A DNA stretch of 64,000 nt from Alloascoidea hylecoeti (lineage: Eukaryota): contig BCKZ01000010.1 of NCBI GenBank assembly GCA_001600815.1, positions 389,527 through 453,526 of the forward strand, read 5' to 3'. Shown here one piece after another: positions 1 through 10,481 of the stretch. Both the position numbers and the translations under genes were made by a program. The notes beneath the pieces were generated by a model. That model was not told where the DNA came from. It did not search any database and saw only the letters and a program-made list of their open reading frames with translations. Positions within the stretch are counted from its first letter, which is position 1, and every line of letters starts with the position of its first letter.

Positions 1-316
1 GACCTAACTCTAACCATAATGGTTCATAATATAGATGGGTATCAAAATTTTAACAGTCTAAGGGGATATAAAAACCGAAAGTTATAAATAATGAAGTTTC
101 AAGTCTACTTGTGTATGTAAAACCGGTACCTCGGAAGGGAGGAAAATTAAATATATGTACTTCCTTCATGACTGCAACAAACGGCATCCCTAGATCTAAG
201 CCATCTGACAAACTTAGCCAAAGCCGACAACTCCATAAATAAAATTTTATATAGGACCGACCATCTAACTTCTATTATCTATACGATTATGCTAATTTAT
301 TTACTTATTTATTTGT

Positions 317-1756
317 CTATTTATTAACTCCAGGAACATTATAGTTATTTATCTCATAATATTTCGGAACACAGCTAAAGTCAGTAAAAGCGATATCCTT
401 ATTTGCTGAATCACATAAACAGTTATTCTCCAATTTTATCGCCGGATCTCTTGGACATGTAAACATCGGTGGATGGTAGTAACCAAAATCAGTAAAATAG
501 TGAACCTCATCTCGTTTTAAAAAAATAGAAGCGGCTATTGAATGAACAGGCGCATCTCCCCATCGTTCATAAAAAAATCCACCTGCTTTATCTAAATAGT
601 TGAAATATTCCTGATATTGTTTAGATCTCCAAAAATCCAAATCTGCAACTTCAAAATTTGACCAAAAATGACATAAATTGAAAGAACGTCCATTATCATC
701 CGATATAAATTGTAATAAATTATCAAAATTTTGAGGATTTTTTAAATAATCTGGATAATTTGACATCAAAAATTCTCTTGTTGTTCTCCATAAAGTTTTA
801 ATTGTTTGTGGATATTCTAATATTGAAATTGTAAAACTATATTTTTTCTTAAATTCTCTCATAAATTTAAAAATATCATATTTCAAATCACAATAAATTT
901 TAACGTTTGGTTCAACTCTCCAATAATATTTAAATTGATTCATTAATGGATGTCTCCAAAAAAATCCTGACTGGTATCTACACATATGCCTATATGATAA
1001 TGAATCACCATAAATAACACCAGCACCTGTCATTTTTTTCATACAACTTTTAACCTTAGGTTTATCTAACCAGTCTGGTATACTCCATTCACTTGATTTG
1101 TCTATTTTCCCATAAAATACTTGTCCGGAACATAATGTCGCAGTTCTTAATTTAAATTCTGATGTGAATGGCTCATCGTTTAAAAAAACCCATGGATAGT
1201 GGAAATTCTTATTGAATCGATCTTCAAATATCCTTATTGATGATAATATTGAATCAAGCTCTGAATTCCTGACTAAAGAAACAAATGTAGCATTTTCTCT
1301 TGTTGTAAAATCCACATTGATACTATTAGTACTATTACTGTCATCTGTATCAAACAATGGAACAAATTTTGATGAACCATCATTATTTATAGATAATCTA
1401 TATTCAGGTGTATTATATTTAATCAAAAAATCTTTTTGTTTTAATTTCAAAACTTTCTCAAATTCTTTTTCATACCGTTGTTCTAATAAAAGTTCCAACT
1501 CCTCTTTTTCAACATCAGACATGTCTTTTAACCTTATTTCATCTTCTTTCTTTTTATTTGTTAAGTATTTCCATTTTAATAGTTCACTCTGAACCATATT
1601 ATATTCTGAAAGGTCTTTGGTTGTACCTGATGAACCATTAACAGCATAATAAATTGTTGTTATTATGATGAAAATAATCGATATGAAGAATAATGAAAAG
1701 AGTAGTTGATAGCATTTGTTCGCCTGAGGACGATGTGAAGATCTCACCCTAACCAT
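317..1756 (-). CDS. KRE2/KTR family (GT15) alpha-1,2-mannosyltransferase
   Basis: 479 aa; N-terminal type II TM anchor; GT15 motifs ENATFVSLVRN, YPWVFLNDEPF, SYRHMCRYQSGFF, YYWRVEP, CHFWSNFEV, GGFFYERWGDAPVHSIA. Exact paralog not determinable. Confidence 0.93.
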   Translation of the reverse strand: MVRVRSSHRPQANKCYQLLFSLFFISIIFIIITTIYYAVNGSSGTTKDLSEYNMVQSELLKWKYLTNKKKEDEIRLKDMSDVEKEELELLLEQRYEKEFEKVLKLKQKDFLIKYNTPEYRLSINNDGSSKFVPLFDTDDSNSTNSINVDFTTRENATFVSLVRNSELDSILSSIRIFEDRFNKNFHYPWVFLNDEPFTSEFKLRTATLCSGQVFYGKIDKSSEWSIPDWLDKPKVKSCMKKMTGAGVIYGDSLSYRHMCRYQSGFFWRHPLMNQFKYYWRVEPNVKIYCDLKYDIFKFMREFKKKYSFTISILEYPQTIKTLWRTTREFLMSNYPDYLKNPQNFDNLLQFISDDNGRSFNLCHFWSNFEVADLDFWRSKQYQEYFNYLDKAGGFFYERWGDAPVHSIAASIFLKRDEVHYFTDFGYYHPPMFTCPRDPAIKLENNCLCDSANKDIAFTDFSCVPKYYEINNYNVPGVNK

Positions 1757-3660
1757 AACGATGTTAATATGAGTTTAAGACTATATGGTGAAAATAGGGG
1801 AAAGGAAAAACTGAGAATTGAATAATTTCATGGAATTCTCGGGAGGAGCAGAAATCTCACTTCAATGGAGCACGTGAACTACAACAGAAAAGAGGATATA
1901 AAATGGATGAAAGAAGATAAAACAGGGTAGAAGCGATCAATGTCACTGTTAGGAATAATCTGAGGGTCGTGATTAGTAAATCTTTATGTAACACCCTCAC
2001 ACCTGTGTAGGATGTAGGATGTCTCGCGATATTTGCCAACACCAGGGTCAGAAAGCACCAAACATCCCCAGATACAATGTCGAATATTTTAGAGACCGGA
2101 AAATCTTCATGCAAGGAGCACACAAACCTGGTGTTATCATCTCATAAATTGAAGGGGAGGGAATATAGTATATTATTGGACTTATTCTGTCAGCCCCACT
2201 AACCTCTGTTTGGATTGCATATCTTTTCGCTTTGTATGCCTTATTATAAGGTAAAATCAGGTTGGGAAATAAAAGTAATCTGACCATCTATTATAGATTT
2301 GGGAATATCTAGTCTTTATATAATCTAATCTTCAATATTCTAGTAGTTATTACCGGTAGAATAATGTGTAGTTTAATATCCAACTAATAATCTAACTTTG
2401 CTTCCATGGCGTCAAACTCTAGTATTAATCCGTATGTGAACTCAATTGATGCGCAAAAGAACCATAGACAAAGATGAACCACTCCTTATAACCTGCATGT
2501 ACCGGGAAGCAGAAAAGAAGAGAGATCAACTTTTAGAATATACATGAAGGTCCGTCGACAGAATAGCCCCAAAGTTGTACTCCAAAATTATATCTTGAAT
2601 ACTTGGTGAATGAACTATTGAAAAATGGTGGTGGCTATATGGGAGGTTTAACTGCGATTATTCATCCTAATATGCCATAAATGATAATTCGAGAGACGAT
2701 ATCTTGACCTTTCCTTTCTTCCTTACAAAGCATACGTCTTTTAAGTTGTACCATCTTTAAAAAGCTCAATATTTTCCATTTAATATTGTAAATCACAATT
2801 ATAAGAAAATATTAAACGAAAATCGTTTTTCTTAACTAATAATTATTCGTGAAATTCAACAATATCCCTTACATATTACCAAATACGTTCGTGCATGTAA
2901 GCTGACTGATAGAGCAATAAATAACAAAATAGAAAAAAAATCTAGAGTATGACATTAACAATATACGCTTTATAACATAGACAAGTACTCTTAAACAAGT
3001 TGAAGTAGAGTTACTAAACAAATACCAGCATAGCGCGCAAATGAACAATCATAACTAACACATAATCATAGATTTACATGTTGATAACAAACACAAACAT
3101 ATATATACAACTCGCATAGGTATTAGATAATAACCAACAAACAATCATAGCTAACGATTAAACTTATAGATAATAAGCAAAAATAACTAATTAGCATACA
3201 CAACCATGGTGTAACAGCCCTGTTTCCATCATTTGCGTACGGGTAATAGGAGGGAATAATAATACCACAAATTTTCTGAGTTTTTGGATAATTTTCCAAC
3301 ACAGCTAAGCCAATCGTCTGATTTATACCCCCCTACGGCTGATTAACCTCTCAAGACTTCTATATGATTTTCATTTTCCAATAAGACCTCATCATATAGC
3401 TAACCATTAGCTACCTTACTCACCCAGCCACATGCATTCCGTGGGTCAACTTACATAAAATTTAGATACTTTCCATAATTTAATCTAATTCTATTTGCTA
3501 GTTCTTAAAAAAGGCTACTGTGTGATAATGATATATATTTTATAAAATTTAATAGTGTATCAATACTGTCAAAGCTTTAGAAGTCGAAACACTTTTAATT
3601 TTAATTTTTAACGTTATAAATAATAAATATATGTAGATTTCCCTTAAACTCGCAATAAAA

Positions 3661-3681
3661 GAAAGTGTGGCACTTGTGGCA
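3661..3681 (+). promoter_or_regulatory. Two tandem TGTGGCA (Met31/Met32-like) motifs upstream of the SOA1-type transporter
   Basis: GAAAGTGTGGCACTTGTGGCA resembles the AAACTGTGGC consensus; ~880 bp upstream of a sulfonate-transporter homologue. Confidence 0.35.
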
Positions 3682-4553
3682 CATTTAACTTTTAGGTTGC
3701 CATAATGTATGGCAATTAAAACCTAATTATTATATATATGTTTAGTGAGTTTTATAATTTTAATTCAACATGATCCGGAAAATCTATGCAGGAGAGACTA
3801 TATTGCATCATGACACAACCCCCTCAAAATTGTTCTTTACCAAAAATACAGTTAACCTATGATTACAGTTAACCTATGATGATACTATGAATATAATGAA
3901 AGAATAAGGGTCAGTAATGGCTCAGCATAGAATGTGGTGAGTACAATTCGTTTTAGTAATTATTTAATGCAATCTAATACAACATTCAATATTTCTATAT
4001 CTAATCAACTGTATTTCGAAAGAGGATGCATCGATGTCTTATCTATTGAGAATTATTCCACTTATATTGTATCACACCAAGTGACCAAGCTTGCTTATAT
4101 TTAATTGTAATACAGTATAGAAGATACGCAGTCTATAATATTAATGAAAATTGCCTAATGCGCTCATGTTATACATATCTAATTACCATTAACTAGCACC
4201 AAGTCCAACAAGAAAATATATATATATAACATCTATTATTTATATAAAAAAGAATTTTGTGAAATGGTCTCAACTTTCAGGTGAGAAAAAAAAATTAAAT
4301 AGATTTTTGAAAAAAAAAGATAAGTTAGGTTTATATGCATATGCATGATTGACGTGATTGAGAAAGATATTGCACTAGCACACCATCATCATCAGTTATA
4401 TAACCATACATACAATGTTACTTTCTTGAAAAAAATTGATCCAATCCAGAACTTTGCTTTATTAAATATTCAAATATATAATTATATAAAAAGCCTCTTT
4501 TAGCTGAAGTTATTTATCTTTGAGTTCCTAAAAGAAAAACTACTTCTAGAAAC

Positions 4554-6338
4554 ATGGCTATTTTCACAAAAAGGAATAAGTCCAAAGATAATGCTGAAAC
4601 TGGCAGCAATATATCGGTAGATTCCAATGCCAATTCCAATATAAAGGATGGAAACATTCATAGCTATCAGAAATCAGTTCCTTCTGAAACTGACAATGAA
4701 ATTGACTTACAAAAAGCCGCTGCATTACAGGAAGCGAAGTTGGTTACTGGTAGTGGAAATGTGATTACAGATGATGGAAAAGTTGTTATGGTAACTAAAG
4801 AGACTGATAATGTTTTCAGAGATCCAGAAATAGCAGAATATTATGCAAATATTTATGAAGAAACGAAATATGAATGTAGGCATGAGTTTGATCCATCCGC
4901 TGAATGGACTCCACAAGAAGAAAAACGATTGGTCAGAAAACTTGATGTTAGAGTATGTCTTTGGGCTTGTATCATGTTTTTTTCTCTACAACTGGATCGA
5001 GGAAATCTTTCTCAAGCAGTTTCCGATAATTTTTTAAAGGACCTAGGTTTAAATACAAACGATTTTAACACTGGTAACACAATTTTCTTATGTTGTTTCT
5101 TGGCAACGGAACTTCCATTACAATTAATTTCTAAGAAGATTGGCCCCGATAGATGGCTTCCTACCCAAATGATACTGTGGTCTATTGTTTCTGCCAGTCA
5201 GGCAGCTCTGAAGGGGAAGAAAAGTTTCTATGCAACTAGGGGTTTAATTGGCGGTCTAGAAGGTTCATTTATCGCTGAAATTGTATTATGGTTATCATAT
5301 TTTTATAATTCAAGAGAATTACCCGTAAGACTTTCTTTCTTTTGGACTTCTTTATCGGTGACTCAGATTGTATCATCGTTAGCTGCCTTCGGATTGCTTC
5401 GTATGAGAGGTCTTCACGGAATGGCAGGATGGAGATGGTTATTCTTGATTGAAGGCTTAATAACTGGTGCTGTTGGGTTTGCATCTTATTTCAACATGCC
5501 GGCTTCTGTGGTTCAAACGAAATCTTGGTTTAGACCAAATGGATGGTTCACAGATCGAGAAGTGAAAATTGCTGTCAATCGTATATTGAGAGATGATCCA
5601 ATGAAAGGACAGATGAATAATCGTCAACCTCTTGACTTTCGGGCAATATGGGACTCATTAAAGGATTTTGATTTATGGCCTTTATATGCCCTTGGATTGA
5701 TCGTTTATATTCCTAATTCTCCTGTCAGTACTTATCTTACTTTAACACTAAGAACTCTTGGATTCAGTACCTTTAATACCAACTTACTGACCATTCCGTC
5801 TAGCGTACTTCATATAATCATTCTCCTTTCTATTACAAAAACATCTCAAGTGATTGGTGAAAAGTCATTATTATCTTTAATTCAACCATTGTGGTTTCTT
5901 CCATGTCTCGCCGCTTTAAGATGGTGGCCTGGATCGCAGGTTGAAACATGGGAAACTTACGCTATTTTAGTATTACTTATTGGGGGTCCTTATATTCATG
6001 CAATATTGGTAGCCTGGTGTTCTGAAAATTCTAATACTGTTAGAACGAGAACAGTTTCTGCGTCCCTTTATAATATGTGTGTTCAGGCTGGAAATATCAT
6101 AGCTAACAATATATATCGACAGGACGATAGACCACTTTATCATAGAGGTAACACAGTACTGTTTGCAATTAATTTCATTTCAATTGCTTTATTATTATTG
6201 ACTAAAGTTTACTATGTTCAAAGAAATAAATGGAAGCAGAACAAATGGGATAGCATGACTAATGAGGAAAGATATATTTATCTTTCGACAACTAAGGATA
6301 AGGGAAATAAGAGACTAGAATTTAGATTTGCACATTGA
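4554..6338 (+). CDS. SOA1: MFS transporter, DAL5/allantoate permease family, SOA1 (YIL166C)-like sulfonate/sulfur-compound transporter
   Basis: 594 aa; YECRHEFDP..WT..EEK, QLDRGNLSQAVSDNFLKDL, GWRWLFLIEG, RILRDDP.KG.M.NRQ, C-terminal GNKRLEFRFAH. Confidence 0.8.
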   Translation: MAIFTKRNKSKDNAETGSNISVDSNANSNIKDGNIHSYQKSVPSETDNEIDLQKAAALQEAKLVTGSGNVITDDGKVVMVTKETDNVFRDPEIAEYYANIYEETKYECRHEFDPSAEWTPQEEKRLVRKLDVRVCLWACIMFFSLQLDRGNLSQAVSDNFLKDLGLNTNDFNTGNTIFLCCFLATELPLQLISKKIGPDRWLPTQMILWSIVSASQAALKGKKSFYATRGLIGGLEGSFIAEIVLWLSYFYNSRELPVRLSFFWTSLSVTQIVSSLAAFGLLRMRGLHGMAGWRWLFLIEGLITGAVGFASYFNMPASVVQTKSWFRPNGWFTDREVKIAVNRILRDDPMKGQMNNRQPLDFRAIWDSLKDFDLWPLYALGLIVYIPNSPVSTYLTLTLRTLGFSTFNTNLLTIPSSVLHIIILLSITKTSQVIGEKSLLSLIQPLWFLPCLAALRWWPGSQVETWETYAILVLLIGGPYIHAILVAWCSENSNTVRTRTVSASLYNMCVQAGNIIANNIYRQDDRPLYHRGNTVLFAINFISIALLLLTKVYYVQRNKWKQNKWDSMTNEERYIYLSTTKDKGNKRLEFRFAH

Positions 6339-7545
6339 TCATGTTTGCAACTTTGATTTTCATGCACTGTTAGATAGATTAAATATTGTTTTACCTCTAT
6401 ATATTGAATATTAGAACTCCCAGAAGGGGAGAAACTGTTTTAATCAGTAGAAACCTAACTAGCATGGCTGTGGAAGCTCTTTAAGCTCCAAGAAAGTCGC
6501 ATCAGGATCTAGAATTCTCGCATCTGGAATTATAAATGAAGTCGAAAATCCGAAATCCTTATATTATAATAAGCTTTGGATGTTTTACGAATTAAATCGA
6601 ATCTACAAGCCCTTTTTTCTTTCGTTGGGGGCCTTTTTATGGGGGAGTTCTACATCCTGATACGACCTTCGTGGAGCTACAGCTGAGCTTCCATATCCAT
6701 TTTAATGAGGGATTCTATTAACTAAAGCTGTTCTTCTCGCTCTGTGAGTTCAAATAGTGTTTGTGATATCTTCTAATATAATGGATGCTAGACTTTTTTG
6801 CAGCTAATTTTCTATGGCTTCAGTAATCACCAAAAGATACAGCGGCCTATTTCGAAATTAATATTGGTAAAAATAGATATAAGTTAGTTATAAATATATA
6901 ATCTATTTGTCAATCCTAATCAAAGTGGGAATCAAGATCAATGTCCAAATTTACTAATCCTAGACTTCTATTATCTTTAGTTGGTGAGATTCACTAGCCA
7001 TCCTATCACTTGTTTTGTTTCCATTTATTTCGTTGAACAAATGAATTTAGTCAATAATTGTAAAGGAAATGAAATTAATTGAAAACAATACTGGAGCTGT
7101 GTTAAATCTAGATGTACATACTATAATTATAAGACTCATATTGGAATGAAAAATACATTAGACAATATTGAATGAAAATAATTAAAAAAGTCTAGCTAAG
7201 AATACATACAATAAGAGATATCTCTGTACTCTTGTTTTTGCTTAAATTCTATCACTTGTGCCGTATTAACGTTAATACAATATATTTATAGTTGAAAGTC
7301 GCTTTTATATTTCAATTGTGATAACATCCATGGCTTTTTATGATTATAATTGTAATACTATGCTAATAAGTATAGTTGCAGTTCTAATATTTACACTTAA
7401 ACTTTGAAATCAAAAATACAAGATGGATATCGATAGAATTTTAATTTCAATAATTAAACAATTGATCATGACAAATTATCTATATAGCTAAGTTTGAACA
7501 AGCTTGTGCAATCGATTTGAATCATATATAATCATAATTTTAAAC

Positions 7546-8739
7546 CTATACCTCAAATGTAATCCACCCAGGCCAAGCTAATTCATCTCTTATTATTGAT
7601 CTTATTTTCTCGACCAAGAACTTTTCAACGTTTCCAACATTTCTTAAAACAGAACCATGACCCTGATAATCACCAATTTCAGACTCGATATGCATTGATT
7701 TAATAATATCAATTCTATCCTTCTTTGGTGGAGCACTACCATCTCCGGCTACATCAATATCACATAAAAAGCTAAAGTGAAATTGTTTGGAGTATTCAGG
7801 CGAATCACCAGATTCAGGATTGTTATCCTCATTATCAGAGGAAGAAGGAGAAACCGGAGTCTTGGTATATGCCAAAACGGCCATTGATCTTATTTCTACT
7901 CCCGTAACTCGTAGTTTTACAGGCAATTGCATAAAACTGGGTGATGGATAATTAAGTAAAAGCAACGCAGTTAATTCTAATTTCATATCACCTTTGTAAC
8001 AAATCTCCAGTATTACTTGAACATCGTCCGATCTGTTCATCTTTTCTTGATTATCTTCATTGTTTTCTATATCATTATTAGATTCGGCTTGTTCATTTTG
8101 ATTCTGTGATCGGATAGTGTAATCACTATTAAAGTATGGATTTTGATTGTTGCGAGCTGTTCGTAAGTCTTCATCCATATTAGAAGGAGTATTCATTCTT
8201 GTATGAAGTGGGGTCCTTACACCAGGCATAAAAGGAGTTGAAAAGTTCTTGTATGGATTCCCTACCCCGGTGACTGACAACATAGGATTTGTATGAGACA
8301 TTGTTCCTATAGCACCAGCCGGACCTAAGCCTAAGATGGAAGGTGAAGTAGGCCGTAAATCATTAATACCAGCAGGATAAGGATAAGGTGGAAGTTGCTC
8401 AGAAATAGAAGATGCTACACTCGTACTATCCTGCCTCGACATCGGCCTTCCATTATTTAACCTACTATTTTGTTGAGAATTGGCATTTGCGCTTTCAGCA
8501 TCCGATTGACTATCATCATCATCTTCATCATCATAGAATTCTTTAAATGGATCACCTATATGTCTGATTGTGATCTCTGGTGGAAGGTGCCCTAATGTGA
8601 AGTTCTCTACTGAGACATCTTTAATATAAGGTGGTAGTGAGATCTTTTTGAACTGATCATCCAGAAACTGCCTTATTTTACTGTTGAAATTTGCATGATC
8701 CTCTTCTGTAAGACTGTCCCAATTTATATCTATTGACAT
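7546..8739 (-). CDS. MDM12: ERMES subunit Mdm12 (SMP domain)
   Basis: ATG at 8739 gives MSIDINW; LPPYI, PPEITIRHIGDPF, LLLNYPSPSFMQLPVKL, VLRNVGNVEKF, C-terminal WPGWITF. Confidence 0.93.
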   Translation of the reverse strand: MSIDINWDSLTEEDHANFNSKIRQFLDDQFKKISLPPYIKDVSVENFTLGHLPPEITIRHIGDPFKEFYDDEDDDDSQSDAESANANSQQNSRLNNGRPMSRQDSTSVASSISEQLPPYPYPAGINDLRPTSPSILGLGPAGAIGTMSHTNPMLSVTGVGNPYKNFSTPFMPGVRTPLHTRMNTPSNMDEDLRTARNNQNPYFNSDYTIRSQNQNEQAESNNDIENNEDNQEKMNRSDDVQVILEICYKGDMKLELTALLLLNYPSPSFMQLPVKLRVTGVEIRSMAVLAYTKTPVSPSSSDNEDNNPESGDSPEYSKQFHFSFLCDIDVAGDGSAPPKKDRIDIIKSMHIESEIGDYQGHGSVLRNVGNVEKFLVEKIRSIIRDELAWPGWITFEV

Positions 8740-9111
8740 TTTGCAAAAATCAGATGAGTGGAGGTAGTAAGAAACCGAACTTTTTTTCAATATATTACAA
8801 ATGAAATAGATATATTTTATTTTTATCAACGTCAGTATATAAATACAAGACAGTTGAGCTAGGATAGGGTCCCATTCCTAATCCTATTCTTTTATTGGTA
8901 AAATCCATTAAAAGTAATTATTTTTTTTTATTAGATTTTTTTTTTACTTTTTCAAGTTTTTAGATATTAGAATCCCCCAATCAATCTCATTTAATATGTG
9001 GTGTCCCTGCAAATCTAATATTTTTTCTTAGCTCTAGTGCCTTTTTGATTTTTTTATCTACTTTTGTAGAGAGTATTGCATCGCAAAACGTTTGTCGTTT
9101 GTCAACCAAAT

Positions 9112-9227
9112 GCTCCAGTGGCGCAGAGGTTAGCGCATCGTGCTTATAACCGTACAACGACGTTTATGTTAATGTCACGGTCGTGTGAGGAACGCGACGG
9201 TCGTGGGTTCAATCCCCTCCTGGAGCA
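9112..9227 (+). tRNA. tRNA-Ile(UAU) with 43-nt intron (9149-9191), copy 1
   Basis: Acceptor GCTCCAG/CTGGAGC-A; D-arm GCGC-AGAGGTTA-GCGC; anticodon stem TCGTG, loop CT-TAT-A; intron after position 37; T-loop GGTTCAATCC; T-rich terminator. Layout matches yeast intron-containing tRNA-Ile(UAU). Confidence 0.93.
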
Positions 9228-9328
9228 TATTTTTCTTATTTCTTGGTTTTCGAATTGTTACCTCCATTTATTTTTTTCGACATGCTTCTTTTAGATTACC
9301 ACTTTTAAATTTCAAAATGAGACCAAAT

Positions 9329-9444
9329 GCTCCAGTGGCGCAGAGGTTAGCGCATCGTGCTTATAACCGTACAACGACGTTTATGTTAATGTCACGGTCG
9401 TGTGAGGAACACGACGGTCGTGGGTTCAATCCCCTCCTGGAGCA
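9329..9444 (+). tRNA. tRNA-Ile(UAU) with intron, copy 2
   Basis: Same as copy 1 except the 3' anticodon strand is CACGA rather than CGCGA. Confidence 0.92.
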
Positions 9445-9536
9445 TATTTTTTTCTTATTTCTTGGTTCTCGAATTGTTACCTCCATTTATTTTTTTTCGA
9501 CATGCTTCTTTTAGATTACCACTTTTAAATTTCAAA

Positions 9537-9914
9537 ATGAGTATTAACAGTTATTTCACCCAGTATTACGGTAACCTAATAAGCTACCTCACCTCTTATG
9601 ATGTTGTTACATATATTCGTCTGGCTGCTATTGTAGGTGGATATGTCTTAGCCCGAAGGATTGCCGTTAAATATCTAGCCAACAAACAACTTGAAAGGCA
9701 AATAGCTAACGATAAAGTATCTCAAGAAAAGAAGCGCAAGGAAGCACTGATTCAAAAGCCCATCGAACCTACTACGGAAGCTTGGGGATGGGGTAAGAAG
9801 ACCCGAAGAAGAGTTAAACATCAACAAGCAGCCCTTGAAGATCAGATGCTAAACCAGGAAGTCTATGATGATAAAGAGGACAAAGACATTGAAGAATTTT
9901 TATTAAAAGACTAG
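9537..9914 (+). CDS. PGA2: Pga2-like ER trafficking protein
   Basis: ATG at 9537 (MSINSYF); IRLAAIVGGYVLAR TM segment, WGWGKKTRRRVK, acidic C-terminus DKDIEEFL. Confidence 0.85.
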   Translation: MSINSYFTQYYGNLISYLTSYDVVTYIRLAAIVGGYVLARRIAVKYLANKQLERQIANDKVSQEKKRKEALIQKPIEPTTEAWGWGKKTRRRVKHQQAALEDQMLNQEVYDDKEDKDIEEFLLKD

Positions 9915-10481
9915 ACTCACAGTTACAGAAATGATTCAGCTTGAAATTTTAGCCTGTTCTATTATTTTCACATCTTGAGACCTTAGTTATTAAGAAATCA
10001 TTTCAAATTATCAAAATATTTCATGTTATATGTGCATTTTAAAACATTCGGTTGGTGTTTATGTCTTTAAATTTTTATATGGATTGCTAAATGAGGTCAT
10101 ATTATCAACTGCTTAACCTTGTTTCATTTCTGTGTATACTATATAAATACAGGTATATTTACAATTACACGTTTGTGCTGAATATATATTATTTTTCTAT
10201 ATTTCAATTTGTATTTATAATTATAACCATATAATATAACCAGAACTTTGTTAACTGGCACTTCAACTTTGCAACCTAATTAGATCATCAAATTAGATAA
10301 GATTCGTTACTAAACCCATACTATAGCTACATATACCAATTAATGTTAACATTCTTAAACTGACTTTACATTTGTTGAGATTACAACGTTTAAATTAGCT
10401 AAATATGACCTTCCAAATTAGTTGCGAAATTCAACTATAGGGAATTATCCTGCAGAGCTACCTAAATATATTTATTTATAG

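Larger units (their letters stand above)
9105..9541 (+). repeat. Tandem duplication, ~217-220 bp unit (tRNA-Ile + downstream spacer + PGA2 ATG)
   Basis: 9105-9321 and 9322-9541 are near-identical (a few substitutions and poly-T length differences); both end ...TTTCAAAATGAG. Confidence 0.95.

Noticed and set aside
1857..2720. Short ORFs and coding-like patches upstream of the KTR gene
   Set aside because: No recognisable motif or consistent frame.
3848..3880. 17-bp direct duplication ACAGTTAACCTATGAT (a similar 13-bp one lies at ~49722-49750)
   Set aside because: Ordinary slippage duplication with no further structure.
4554..6338. CUG-reassigned genetic code (ELPLQL where homologues usually have ELPSQL)
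   Set aside because: That codon is TTA, not CTG; CTG occurs at conserved Leu sites (QLDR here, LKLLVNGEP in ARG7).
9076..9514. ORFs 9076-9294, 9185-9514 and the N-terminal extension of 9402-9914
   Set aside because: They read through the duplicated tRNA genes; PGA2 starts at 9537.
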